Source: Ascidiella aspersa
Lineage: Eukaryota
Direction: 5' to 3'
DNA: 64,000 nt
Assembly (NCBI GenBank): GCA_963924565.1
Contig: OZ004607.1
Span: 29,140,001-29,204,000 of the forward strand
Below are positions 37,901 through 52,900 of the stretch, piece by piece; the stretch's first letter is position 1; each line of letters begins with the position of its first letter. The notes under the pieces are model-generated. The model had not been told where the DNA came from, did not search any database, and saw only the letters and a program-made list of their open reading frames with translations. Position numbers and translations under genes: made by a program.

Positions 37901-40900
37901 ATCCAAGGTACTAAAACTCACACACAAGGCACACATTGAATCGACTCAGTCATTTCCTTTTTATGCAAAATACTGTACTGTACTGGTACTGGATCTGTAT
38001 CACGACCAGCCATATTTATCCCTAAAAAGATTGGGGACCGAATTTTTCCAGGCCCTAAGGCTATAGCCTTCGCCTAATGGTTAATCCGGCACTGCATAGG
38101 ACAATGGTTTGTGTTGCCATTTCCAATAAACTTGTTTAAATAGCAAACGTAATCCTTTACTGCCTTTTACAGAACTAACGAAATGCCAGGAACAGTACTT
38201 GGCTACCGGGAAGTTTATAGCAAAGAACCCTACGGTTCAAGATGGTCCGTCCTACCCTGACTGCGCCGCCGATGGACTTTACTCGCCCAAGCAGTGCAAC
38301 GGCTTCACGAACGTCTGTTGGTGTGTGGTTAAGGAAACTGGCGATGCCATTCCCGGAAAAGATACCGCACCAGTCGACTGTACAGGTATGAATGACCCTA
38401 TGAAAAGTAATTTGTTTTAGCCCCATGTTACTACAATACGGATGCGTTTTCACGATATAGATAACACTCGGTAAAGTTTTACTTTTGACTCAACTTTAAA
38501 TTTAAGCTTAATCATATAGCGCCTGTGTGCTTGCGTTAATTTATTTCGCAGCATTTGTACCAATTTATTATTTAACTTGCAGCATTCACCAAGTGTCAGG
38601 AACAGTTCATAGCGAGCAGCCAGGCAAAAGCAAAGAACCTAACGGATCCGCCGTCGCCCAACTGTGCCGACAACGGCCTTTACGAAGCGAAGCAGTGTTC
38701 GGAGGGCGTTTGCTGGTGCGTTGGGCCTTCCACAGGGGACATCGTACCGGGAACCGGTCGTGCCTTGGAAACTCCACTTGATTGCTCAGGTTTGGTTTTT
38801 AGTCACGACTATAGTTTCCGTGATATGTATTGCGAATTATTTCCTTATTTCCAAGGAACTTTAGTAGTTGGAAATGTGATGGCGTATGCGACAGGTTTTT
38901 AGAGGTTTGTGGAATAATTTTATTTAAACCACAGATGTTGTTGTGTTTTTATTTTATTTATTTATTTATTTTTCTTAGGGTTAAGGTGTACTGTAAATGT
39001 ATAATGCTCCTGAAGGCTCGAATATTCGTATTGTACCTTTGTTAAATTGTGTGGTTCGCTTTTGACCAAGTCAATGTGGCCCGGCCTGTCAAAAAATCAA
39101 AAAGTGTTGTTAAGGCCACAACATCGTCGTTAACCAATCTAACTGACATGTTTTGCAGAATTTGCTCCAACAATTGAAGCTCCAACAACTACAACACAAA
39201 CAGTTACTTCCACTTCGACTACCGAAGTTGTTCCAGAAACCACAACCACCAGCCAGACCTCCACTACAGCAGAATCTACTACGAGTGTCGAAACAACGGA
39301 GGAGAACTTTTCAACTTCAAACGACATTCTATCTGAAACAACCACACATCGAAGTACGATACCGTTAGCAGAGACAAGTACTGAAACAACAACAGAAGCT
39401 ATAGCAGCCTTATCGGAAAGTTCACAAGATGTCACAACGTCAACATCATCTACTCCATTTCATTCTTCTACAGCATCATCTCTACCTACTACGGAAGTTC
39501 CAAGTAGCACAAAAACTGCTACATCTTCCCTTTTAACGTCACCACCTACAACAAAAAATCCTGCCGCTGAAACTCCTAAAACAACCAGCGGGACAGAGGC
39601 GCCTAGAAGTGTTACATTTACCACAGAAACTCCCACAACGACAGAACTCCCTTCAACCACAATGGTTACAACCGAACCTCCTACAACAAACACCAGAACA
39701 GAATCGTCTACAAGTGTGACATTTACATCGGAAATTCCCACAACGACAGAGCTTCCTACAACCGCAACGGTTGCAACCGAGCCTCCTACAACCAATACAC
39801 CAACAACCACCAAAACGTTTGCTACAACTCCAATTCTAACTACGCAAACTCTCTCTACTGAAACCGAAACTCCCAGTACAACAGAGACAACAACAACGCT
39901 TATTCTTCCACTTGTTTCAGAAACAGAAACAACAACAACACGATTTGAACCTCCTATAACAACAACAAGGACAGAGGCGCCTACAACTAAAACGATTTCA
40001 ACTATACCGCCTTCCACGCCACCACTACCACAAACAACAACAACAGAAAGTCCTTCGCTGTCAACAGAAACAGAGACATCAGCAAAAACTGATCCTCCTT
40101 CAACACCACTCCCACCACCTCAAACAACGACAACTGGAAGTCCTGCGCTGCCTACAGAAACAGCAACAAGAGAACCAAGTTTAACACCACCACCACCACA
40201 AACAACCACAACACAAAGTCCTCCGCTGCCTACAGAAACAGCAAAAATCGAACCAAGTTCAACACCACCACCACCACAAACAACCACAACAGAAAGTCCT
40301 CCGCTGCCTACAGAAACAGCAACAACCGAACCAAGTTCAACAACACCACAAACAACCACAACAAAAAGTCATCCGCTGCCTACAGAAACAGCAACAATCG
40401 AACCAAGTTCAACACCTTCATTAGCAACAACAACAACAATGCTTGCAACCCCAACAGAAACCTCGACAACGACAGAGGCGACCACAACCGTAATTCTTCC
40501 ACTCATAACAGAAACAGCAACAACAGCAGGAACAGATTCACCTCCCCCGCTACCGGACACCAAGGCTCCGACCGCTGCAAAATGCGCCGAAGAGAGGCAA
40601 AATATCCTCGACCAGCTTTCGACCACGCCTTCCTTGATGTCGAGCATGCCTAGTTGCGCGCCCGACGGCACTTATCAGCAGGAGCAGTGCAACCGCAAGA
40701 CCAACATGTGCCGCTGTGTAGTACCGGAGACAGGCGACACCATTCCCGGCACCGAGAAGCCGCAGGACGGAGGACCAACTGCAGATTGCAGCAGTAAGTA
40801 TTCTCCTTCTTTTTTTCTAAAAAGGATGTGCTCTTGTCGTTTGGCGAGTCGGAAAATACGCGGCGATATATCCATTGTTTGTTTAGGATAATTGTCCTGT

Positions 40901-43900
40901 TCCGTTGATTTAAGTGTGATATCACAGAGGCATTCCAATTTAGGCAAATTAAACATTGACAAGGAAGCAGATTTAGGTAAAACACCAAACGCTTTTTTAT
41001 TCCACCGAACGTATTATAAATTTATTTTTAAGCACAATTGGTAGACCTATTGCTTCTAAAAGTTTCGAAATCTAAATATTTGCCAGAGATGAAAGATACA
41101 CATATTTATATACGTGATCAACAATTGTGGTCTAGCCCTTATAAAGTCGCTTTTTGGCCAACGATAACGGCGGCCGTATCATATACACCGGAAGCCATCA
41201 CAGATTACCTGAATCTGTCGATCAATGGTGCAATCAAGGCAGGCTAGAAAAAAACACCTATAGCCTGCAGTAAGGTTCGAACTCACCTCCGGCCGTACCG
41301 GGACCTTCGCTCTGCCAACTGAGCTACCCACGTTCAGAGAAGAGCGAGTCGCGAAACAACAATGGCACCGTTGTCACTGCATCCCGTTTGTAAAACTAGT
41401 CCGCAGTGAGGTTGGAACCCGACCTCTGGTCATACCGGGACCGTCGCTCTGCTAACTGAGCTACATAGGCTTAAATAGGAAGATTCGAGAAACATCGTGA
41501 GTTCAAAGCTCACGGCAGGCTAGTTGTTTTTCAAGCCTACCATGCTTGCATCACTACTGTAATTAGTCTACGATGGCTTCCGGTGTGTATTTATCAGAAA
41601 TCGGCAAATTGCCTTCGGTTAAGATGTACTAAATCTCCGAAAAATGTTTCTCGCAACAATAAGTTTGAAAACCTACAAAAGTTCAAAACTGCAGTTGCGG
41701 TTTCTTTGCCAAACTATTCATCTTCGTCTCATTGTCAGATCTCTCCGAGTGCCAGAAACGCTTCGTAGGCATCGCCCAGTTCATCCACAACAACCCGGGC
41801 ATCGCTGACGGCCCGAGTTTCCCGGAATGCTCAGCAGACGGGCGGACGTTCGCTCCTAAGCAGTGCAACGGAATGACCGGCAGCTGCGCCTGTGTCGTAC
41901 CAGAGACAGGAGCCCACATTCCAGGCACTGGCAGGGAGAACGGCAGCGAACTAGACTGTTCGAGTAAGTTACCTTTTTTTGTTGCGCCAATTTGTTGATC
42001 CAAGCGGACTAAAAATATGCTTTATTTGAAAAACGCATACTAATTCTAAACAGGCAAACATTTAGGTCTAACAATGCAGTAACCAGTTACAAAAAAGTGT
42101 TATTTCGTGAATCACTAAGTGAACTTAAGTCACTGTTTTTACACAATTGGCTCACCTAACAGAGTAGCATTTGTTCTATAGAGACAATTCGGAAAGCGCC
42201 CAATTTTTCTAAAAATTAAATTGACAAGAATATTAGGAAGAATAAAAGTATGTTGAACTAAAAGGTTCCGTTTTCGCTATCATCAGTAGAGCTGACCCAT
42301 TTTATTTGGTACAGTAACCTGTATTCTACAGGGAATTGGTGTTTGAAACAGCTTTACAGTAAACTTAAAACGCAAACTAACGCAATTGAATCTAGTAAAA
42401 ATAGCTATTGCGTTACAAAATTATTTCAAATTATGTCATTGCTCAAAATGTGCAAAAATGTGTTGGATTATGTTTAAAATTGTCCTGATCGGAGGATTAA
42501 TTAAAGGAACACTTTGTAGTCAGTAAGGAACCAATGCTACATTATTCTATTTAATATGCAGAACTGACGCCGTGTCAGGCGAAATACAAGCAGACCGGCC
42601 AGACGATCGCCGCCAATCCGACCCTGATGGACGGCCCGCTGTACCCCGACTGCGACCAACAGGGTCAGTACAAGACCAAGCAGTGCAACGGCTTCACCGG
42701 CACCTGCTGGTGCGTGCTGCCAAACAGCGGAAAGGTTGTACCTGCGACCAGTAACGAAAACGGCAGATCCGTCAACTGTTCAGGTAAGCGCAAAGACTGA
42801 GCTAAAATCCAAACAAAAGTACACACAGCAAGAAATGCGCCAATAGGAAATATAAAATATGTTTATTGGGGCGTTATATATTAATCTTTTACATTTAAAC
42901 AAATTAATTTCATTTTTTAAGTTTCATAGTTGGTCAGATTTTCAACCATTAGAAATACAAATATTTCTACTTTTGAAACGTGATCCATACCTAAAGGTTG
43001 TTTTTAAAATTTAGTTTTTTTGCGATTAAACTCCAAAGAAGAGAGTTGTTTTAGCAGTAGCAAAACACGGTACCTAAAATTAGCTAAAATGTCGTCCTTA
43101 TTGCGGACTTAAGCCTTTTGAGGCCCTACTGCTTCATAAGCCCGTTTTATCGTTCATTTATGGAAGAAATATCGAAAAAAGGCGTACAAATCCACAAAAT
43201 ATCGTGGTCCTATGAAGATCGTAAATCCTTTACCAATCCGTGAAACACCATCAGCGTCCTTCATAGGTTTTGTTAAGCGACGCATTTTTTCTATGCAGTG
43301 GCAAAGCTGACCAAGTGCCAGCAGCGTTTCGTTGAGATCGGAAAAACAATCGCCGACAACCCTTCGCTGGCGGACGGGCCCGAGTTTCCGAGCTGCTCTA
43401 ACGCCGACGGACTTTTCGATCCCACGCAATGCCTTGGATTCAGCGGTGTGTGCAATTGCGTCGTGCCAGAGACTGGCGATGTGATTCCCGGAACGAGCTC
43501 GCTTCGATCCCAAGGGGCAACGTTTAACTGTTCTCGTGAGTTCCATTAGTGTCGATTTTATTTTTTTGGCGTGAAGTTGTCCGCTTGCTGCTCAATTTAG
43601 GACTTTAAAGCAGTGGTTCTCAACCGCCGGTCCGCGTCAACTTTCCTGCCGGTCCGCCAAATATATTACAATTTTATATCTCAATTTCAAAATGTCAAAT
43701 TTAGAACTTCGCCAGTTACGTAATCCGCAACAGTGTTACGTAACATAGAGTTAATGGTCTACTTTTGACTTTATCGTACGTCACAATGCTGCAAGTTTTG
43801 TGCCTAATTGTTTACGAGTACAAACTCGTTCAAGTCTTAAACTTTAAGACCAGTTTTATGCGGAAAACTTTAATAGAACCACGTACAACACATATAATGT

Positions 43901-46900
43901 CAAAAAGACAGTAGCAAATTGCTCATTCAATTAAAGTTTCCATTTATGCTTTTAAGTTGCATACTTTTGTCGTAATTACATTTTGGGTAGATTTTGAGTT
44001 TTGAAGGTCCACCGGTCCGCGGAATTTGTTTTGAAATTTTACCAGTCCGTGAGCTAAAAAAGGTTGAGAACCACTGCTTTAGAGTATTCGTTAATGAATA
44101 ATAATAATAATTTATGATTCTTGTAAAAAAAAAAACTATAAACTCTAACTTGGAGTTATGTGTTGATTTGGAATAATTTTCAACCATGCAGGTAAGCAAT
44201 ATAGTCGTAACAAACAATTTTTAAATTCATTGCGAAATTATAATACGTCGCTGATTCTTAAAAACCACAAGCAAATTTAAATTAGCAGATTTTGTAAACT
44301 TTTGTATTCGCCTTAACCATAATTTTGCATTTTTTTTTAATTTGTGTGGTGACAAATGGCTCTAGCGCATAGGGCGTGATAGGTCTAGGCTTACAATTCT
44401 TCAAGCCCAGCATAAACAGACAGTAATGTCTTCTCAACGGTAGGATCACAACAACCCTAAAATTAAAAGATTATGGCCTTAATATAAGAGTTTACTACGC
44501 AACATCAAGTCATAACTAATATACCTAACAGGATTTAGGACCTCAATATCAAGGAATACGTAAACATAACATTCGGTTACATTTAGAGCTCACCAAGTGT
44601 CAGAGCGAATACAAGTCGACAATGGAGTTTGCGGCTCGCAACCCAGGTCTGATGGACGGGCCCATCGTCCGGGACTGCGATCCAGTTAGCGGCCTGTTCC
44701 TTCCCCGCCAATGCAACGGCTTCACGCAAGTGTGCTGGTGTGTGCTTCCCAACAGTGGCGACATGATTCCCGGCACTCAGACCGAACCCGACCGCGGTTT
44801 CGCACTCAACTGTTCAGGTAATTTTTATTTAAACTCGTTGTGTGTTTTGTAAGACCGTTGGTTTAAATTCAAAATCAGTTATTCCTTGGATTGGACAGTA
44901 TATCCCCGACGACTCATCAAAGTCGATCATGTCATGGGATGTTTGAAATAAGGCTATTCCTTGTTAAACGAATTCACATATATTGCATTAACACTTGCTT
45001 TGCTGACCACTTAAACTTAACAATACAATCATTTGACAGAAATTATGGCCGTGTAATTCTTTATCTATATGTGTTGTACGTTAAATACGTATATCAATAT
45101 CTTAAAACTATACAAACATATTATTTGTCATATCAAGTACCAGTCTAAAGTACAAATTAAAAATTTAGTTACGTTTTTCACACTCAACAACACATAGTGT
45201 CTTGAGTCATTTTATGGCAAATCATAAAATCATCTCAGGGCATTGCAATCGTACAGTACATTCGCACGCATACTGCCATCCTTGCTTGCTATAGCATGCC
45301 AGTTATGAAGCATGATGACATAACTTGATTTGACTCGAACCATTGCTGTAACCTAACCTCTAACGCTTTAAACATTAAATATGTTGAGTAAATTCAAAAT
45401 GTAACAGTTCAACTAGATAAGTAATTAAATAAATTAATTTGGTCTCGATCTGCTAATTTTGAAATATAAATGGGAGGTTACTCCATGGTAGTTGTCTAAT
45501 TCATTGGGCTCTTTTTATCTTTATAAAATAATTGAGAAACCTATGAAACTTAATGAGAAGGATTTGTTCTGGCTTATATAGTTTACCAAGTCACATGATT
45601 TTAAATGGGAAATATCACTTTGCCTTGATGTTTGGTCATAATTTATACAGAGTTTGTCAATTTATTGCGTCCCCCTTGTGAACCACCCCCCCCCCCCACA
45701 CCCCCCGCCCCAGTTTAAGAACCACTGCTCTAATCCACTTACCCAAGTTTAAGAACCCCTCGTCGCTTCCACCTGGAAATAACACTAACTGCAAATACTA
45801 ACCGCAACCTCTCTAACGCGTATGACGCAGCGCTCAGCAAATGCCAGCGACTCTACTTCAACGTCGGAATGTTCGTGGCCGCCAACCCGGACCTTGCGGG
45901 CGGCGCCGTTTTCCCGGCCTGCGGCGCCGACGGAACCTTTCTGGCCCGTCAGTGCGACGGCGCCGGCCGGTGCCGGTGCGTCGACCCGGACACCGGCGAC
46001 ACGGTGCCGGGCTCTGACGCGGAACCGGGAAAACCCCTGAATTGCGCAGGTAACCTTCTGACTTCGGTACGGCAAAGTTCATTTTGGGACTTCTCGTGCT
46101 GGAAGTGGAGTGGTTTTAGAATGTAAATAAGGTTTTATGAATCATCAATCAAGTACAGCACTTTCAATTTTAAAATCAACAAAAGATAATTCTTGCTCAT
46201 CTTTGGTTCCTTTACATACCTGTATTTAAAGGAAAAAAAATATATGTTTGCCAAGAGTGTGATAATTTATTGCATCTTGCAGACCAACAATAAATAAACA
46301 TTGCATGTTGCTTTTAATCCAATTTAACCACAACTGTAATCCGCTGCGACTGCGGTCAATTTGGCAAGGATCATAACGCAAGCAAAACACTCTAATTTAT
46401 TAATTTTTAATAACAAAGGAATCGACAGCATTGTAATCATATCACTACATTAATAATTAAATTATAGATATTCAAACCTTTAATTTGTTACTGAAAACGC
46501 CTGCAGATGTACCTCCACCCATGACCGTTAAGTGCGGGGAAAACTTTACCGCCATTTCGGGTACGATCGAGTCACCACAGTACCCGCAAATGTACTTGCC
46601 CGAAGGCGAGTGCGAGTACAAGATACTCACTTCCGATCCGGGGCAGTACATTCAACTCAAGGTCAACGATTTAACGTGAGTTAGCTATTTTTTTAGAAAA
46701 ACAATACAGCTATAAGTTTATAACTACACGACAAGGCTGTGAGAAAATTCTTATTTTTAACAATTATCCAAGGTAGCCTACATTGAAGTCTAACATACAT
46801 TTTCAAAACTTACCACCTGATGTGCCTCGACACATGGTTTAACAACCATTTTTCTAACGTATATATTTTTCTTTAGAGTACGGATTGCAGGCAAATTTTC

Positions 46901-49900
46901 CGAAACGACGTCACAATATATATTATCACAGAACATCTAAAAAATGTAACCTAGGAAACATTCAGTTATCGTTTTAGGAAACATTAGGTTGTCGATTTAG
47001 TGCACAAATATACTCAACTCAAATCTTGGTTTAATTACATTTAAGAAGATAGCGGGCGGGCCCAGTTGTGAAAAAGGAACCTAGACTGACACAAAAGGCA
47101 TTGCTTTACCGGAACGGCGCACCCGGTGCAAAACTTATTTTGACCGAAACGCCGCTCCGGGCAGTTCCGGGTAACTTTTATGACTTTTTTAGTGTAACGC
47201 TTTATATACAACGTTCAAACAATAACATAATGTGCTATTCGCGGGTTCACTCATGCTCTTTAATGTCCGAATTCAATCGCTTACGCGCAAATAAGGGCGT
47301 TGTTCATTTTTTACATAACAGGATGCCGCCGCCCATCACCAATGGCGTTTGTAGCGACGCCAAGCTGGACTTCAGTTGGTCGAATTCGCGTGGCTTCAGC
47401 TCCTGCGATCCGTCCACCATTCCTCCCGCGCCCAAATTCGGCTCGGACCTTACCATTCGTTTGGTGCCAGGCACACAAGCTGTCAAATACTCGATAAACT
47501 ACGAACTCAAATGTAAGCGAACTCTTGCTTGATGAACTGAACCGCATTACTTTTTTCATTTATTTCGTGTACATTTAGATTACCCAAGATTGGGCTAGCG
47601 GTTAAATTAGAAAAGCGTATACCTTGCAATACCATGTCTCCAACTATAAAACAGTATTTTATTTAAAATTTTATTTATAATTTTTATGCATATTGCCTGA
47701 GTTTCCACAGCTATCCTGAGTTTCCATAGCTATACAGTAATTGTAATTCGGTCGAATGTCTATAGTCCCTGTTTGGAACAATTGTGCGAAACTAATTGTA
47801 GTACATTTTCCTATTGAATATTGCAACTGTCACGTATAGTGTTTCGAGTTTATTAAAATAGTGCTGTGTATGACATGTTATCATAACAATATATTCGATA
47901 TAGCAAAAAGGTTAAAAATTTCACTGCTTTAACATCTACACTAAATTATCCATCTTCAAACTTTGAACGTAACAAATCAAACTCTGGTGGCCAAGCGTTT
48001 AAAACAAATTACTCCCTTTTAGATTGTGATGTAGCCGACCAGCGATACAGGCCTGGTTCGGCTTGTGACATCACGTGCGAGAATCCGAGCCCAAGATGTA
48101 CATTTAACGTGGTAGAGCGATGTATGTGCCCGCCTGACCTACCGGTTCTCCACAACGGAAGGTATGCAGCGGGGACAAATAGTGCATTTTAAACTTTAAG
48201 TATTAAAATAGCACAGACCACGATTTAATGAACGCTGATAAACGGACTCCGTATAAAGTCTAAGTCATCAGTTTTCCAAGTCCAGTCCCAGTCAAGTCAT
48301 TGTGGAGCAAGTCAACTCCAAGTGAAATCCTTAAAACTAGTAACATTGATAAACTTATTATAAGTATAACGCAACTAAAAAATTAGCAAAACATAACATT
48401 TAGCAAGTAAATTGTTTTATATGAATAAATTCGGATAAATAACCCAATTTTATAAAAATAAACGAAAACACGTTATTTTAACGTTGTGTCGTAATCCGTT
48501 TTGAACTTATGTTTTGTACGTAAAGGTGTATCAAATCATCAGAATGTCCAGCGGCGCTGCAGAGCTCTGAAGGATCAGGCGTGACTGATGCTGCTGCCTT
48601 TGCTAGCGCAGAGGTTTGTGATTTCCATACAAATATTGTAAAATGCGAGTCAACTGTTACGTAAAAGTGTAGGCCTAGATATAATGTGTCAGCATATCGA
48701 TGCCATTGGGGTATTTACTATGACAACATATAGCTTGTTCTATTAACTGGTCCGCCGCAATGTTTAGCCTTCGACATCTACATCGCAATACTCTTCAACG
48801 CAACGCACCACCGAGCCATCCTTGGATTCCAGTATGAGCCCCTCCTCAGATTCCTCTTCCAGAGCACCCACGGGGTCCCCCACTAACCCGAGTCCATCCC
48901 ACCGAGCATCTGGGTCGACTTCATCCCAACCCACAGGCACTACCCACATGCCGACCCCTGACGACGCAACCTTTGGGTCCCCCGACCTGCTTCTGCAATC
49001 CTTGTCGGTCGAAAACGTCACAGCGACCAACGTTTGCCTTAATCTTCGCGGAAACAAAAACGCCGAGATGTATGTGATCGAATTGTACCGCAGCGACAAG
49101 CTCGATTCGCCGCTTGGTTCATTCAACGTCAGTCAAAACAAAAATAAGGGCATTCTATACGTGACGTGCATCAACAAGCTACCGAAAGGTGCGTTAAGTT
49201 ATACTTTGTGATTAAGATGATTTTTCAAAGAGTTATCATATTTGTAGGGTGATTTAGACGACAGTATAAGACCAATTGGCGTAAATTTCTAGTATTATTG
49301 TATACGAAAAAATTATTATGTTTTGGTTTAGATACGGATTACACAGTCGTAGCTTGGGCAAGAAAAGGGTTCGACACTGGAATGTCAAGAATGCTTCATT
49401 TCACAACCAAAATGAACCAAGGTAACATTTTGCTCATTCATAAACCTAAGTGCATAAATTTTGTGTTTACTCCACTATTTGTGAAAAATATTTTTTATAG
49501 GTAATATATTTTCCGATTTACTTGCAGCATCAAACATCAGTAGTACGGAATCAACTGGGACTTTAATGTCATCATCGTCAACTAAGGCAACCGGGGTTAA
49601 AACGACAGCTGCTTCAAATCTGGACACAGAATCGAAATCAACCAACATACCAGCTTCATTGACAGATGTACCATCTTCACCAACCAATACACCTGTCAAA
49701 ACAACCGGTGCAACGGTATCATCAACCAACGTTCAACCATCTACAACTGATGGTTCCATTGCATCAACAGATGCATCGGCATCTCCAACTAATGTACCTG
49801 TTACATTAACTAGGAAACAAGCTGCGTCAACAGCTCTGCCAACCCAAACAACCGATCAAGCAAAGGCCACCTCCGGCACACAAATGCCAACAACCGATGG

Positions 49901-52900
49901 ACAAGTGCCTTCAAATCGGCCACTTGTGTCATCAACCAGCAGCACACCATCCTCACAAAACACAAGTCCAACAGAAAGTTCTGCCCAACTTCGGGAAACA
50001 ACCGTGGTTTCAAGTTTCGAGCAACCAAGTTCCATGTCAACTGATCCAACCATGGATGGTTCCGGGTTTAGTGTTGATGGGTCATCAACTGACGCACCAG
50101 TGTCAATGCCAGATGCATCAGTGTCATCAACAGATGCACCTATGTCATCAACCGATGCACCAGTGTCATCAACAGATACACCTATGCCATCATCAGATGC
50201 ACCTATGTCATCAACAGATGCAACTATGTCGTCAAGCGGTGCACCAGTATCATCAACCGATGTACCAGTATCATCAACCGACGCACCAGTGTCATTAACT
50301 GACGCACCAGTGTCATTAACCGATGCACCTATGTCATCAACAGATGCACTAGTATCATCAACTGACGCGCCAGTGTCATCATCTGGTGTACCAGTGTCAT
50401 CAAGCGTGCCACTATCAACACAAAAAGTCGATCCAACAAAAAGCTCTGCCCAAGACCATACAACAAGCGTGGTCGTAAGTTCTGAGCAGCCAAGTTCACT
50501 ATCAACTGATCCAGTGACCGATGGTTCTGGCTTTAAAGCTGACGGACCATCAACCAGTGCAAAAATGTCATCAGCCAGTACTCAAGCGTCATCAACAGTT
50601 GCACCAGTGTCATCAACCGGCGCACCTATGTCATCAAGCGGTGCACCAGTATCATCAACTGACGCACCAGTGTCATCAACTGACGCACCAGTGTCATCAA
50701 CTGACGCACCAGTTTCATCAACTGACGCACCAGTGTCAATGCCAGATGCACCAGTGTCATCAACTGACGCACCAGTGTCATCAACTGACGCACCAGTGTC
50801 AATGCCAGATGCACCAGTGTCGTCAACAGATGCACCAGTATCATCAACCGATGCACCAATATCATCAACCGATGCGCCAGTGTCATCAACTTACGCACCA
50901 GTGTCATCAACTGACGCACCAGTGTCATCAACTGACGCACCAATGTCAATGCCAGATGCACCAGTGTCGTCAACAGATGCACCTATGTCATCAACCGATG
51001 CACTAATATCATCAACTGACGCGCCAGTGTCATCATCTGGTGTACCAGTGTCTTTAACCGTGCCACTATCAACACAAAAAGTCGATCCAACAAAAAGCTC
51101 TGCCCAAGACCATACAACAAGCGTGGTCGTAAGTTCTGAGCAGCCAAGTTCACTATCAACTGATCCAGTAACCGATGGTTCTGGCTTTGAAGCTGACGGA
51201 CCATCAACCAGTGCAAAAATGTCATCAGCCAGTACTCACGCGTCATCAACAGTTGCACCAGTGTCATCAGGCAGTACTCAAGCGTCATCAACAGATGCAC
51301 CAGTGTTATTAACCGACGCACCAGCGGCCGCAACAAATGCAACATCTTTATTAATCGACACACCAGTCTCATCAACCAATGCACCAGTGGTATCATCTAC
51401 TGGTACACCATCATCACAAACAATTAATTCGACAAAAAGTTCTGCCTCACTTCAGGAAACCACAGTAGTCGTAAGTTCCACGGAGACGAGTTCATTGTCA
51501 ACTGCAGCGCTCACGGATGGTTCCGGTTTTAATGTTGATGGATCAAACAATACACCAATGTCATCAACTAGTGATCCAGTGTCTTTAACCGATGCACCAA
51601 CACCAACAACTGGCGTACCAGCTGCCACAACCGACGCATCACTGTCATCAACTGGTAGTCCAATGTCATCAACCAGTGAACCAGTGTCTTCAACCTATGC
51701 ATCAACGCCATCAACTGATGTACCAGCTGCATTAACTGAAGCATCATCAACAGATGCATCCGTGTCATCTACTAGTAACCCAAATTCAGCAGCTACCGAA
51801 GCATCAGTTTTATCCACAGCTGTACGAGTATCATCAACGCCAGCGTCACCAACCAGTGTAACAGTTTCATCTCCCAGTTCACAAGTTCCTTCAACCAGTT
51901 CACCAGTGTCATCAATTAGTACATCAGTATCACCAACCAGTGCATCACTGTCATCCACAGACGCATCACTGTCATCAACCAGCACACCAATGCCATCAAC
52001 AGTTGTGCCAGAATTATCAACTGATGCACAGGGTTTATCAACTGATGCAGAAATGTCGTCAACCGGTACAACAGTTTCATTAACCGGTGCACCAGTGTTA
52101 TCAACACATGCATCAATGTCATTAACCAGTACACCAGTGTCATCAGCCAGTGAAACAGTGTCATCAACCAGTACAACACTATCATCAACCGATGCACCAG
52201 GATCTTCAACAAATACAGTATTGTCATCCACCAATGCACCAGTGTCATCAACAGATGCAGGATTGTCATCAACCAGTACATCGATACCATCAACCAGTGT
52301 ACCAGAAGCATCAACCGAAGGGTCGTCAAGCGATGCACCAGAATCATCAACTGATGCAGAAATGTCATCAATCGGCACACCATTGCCATCCAGCGGTACA
52401 CCAGTACCATCCAGCGGCACACCAGTTGCATCCAGTGGCACAGCAGTATCATCCGGCGGCACACCAGTTGCATCCAGCGGCACACCAGTGCCATCCAGCG
52501 GCACACCAGTACCATCCAGCGGAACACCAGTTGCGTCCAGCGGCACATCAGTACCATCCAGCGGCACACCAGTACCATCCAGCGGAACACCAGTTGCATC
52601 CAGCGGCACACCAGTTGCATCCAGCGGCACACCAGTTGTATCAAGCGGCACACCAGTACCATCCAGCGGAACACCAGTACCACCCAGCGGCACACCAGTA
52701 CCACCCAGCGGCACACCAGTACCATCCAGCGGCACACCAGTTGCATCCAGGGGCACACCAGTTGCATCCAGCGGCACATCAGTACCATCCAGCGTAACAC
52801 CAGTTGCATCCAACGGCACACCAGTACCATCCAGCGGCACACCAGTTGCATCCAGCGACACATCAGTACCATCCAGTGGCACACCAATGCCGTCCACCGG

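Noticed and set aside
39139-40671. Val/Gly-rich minus-strand ORFs that look like membrane proteins (also 1149-1580 on plus and 31468-35272 on minus)
   Set aside because: Antisense translations of Thr/Pro-rich codons in real exons.
41261-41471. Functional tRNA genes
   Set aside because: Acceptor stems are mismatched and there is no canonical 7-nt anticodon loop; treated as tRNA-derived repeats.
36401-46049. Calling the large gene thyroglobulin (TG), nidogen or SCO-spondin
   Set aside because: No Tg2/Tg3 or cholinesterase-like domain, no NIDO/G2/YWTD, and no VWD/TSP1 were seen. Only individual modules are shared.
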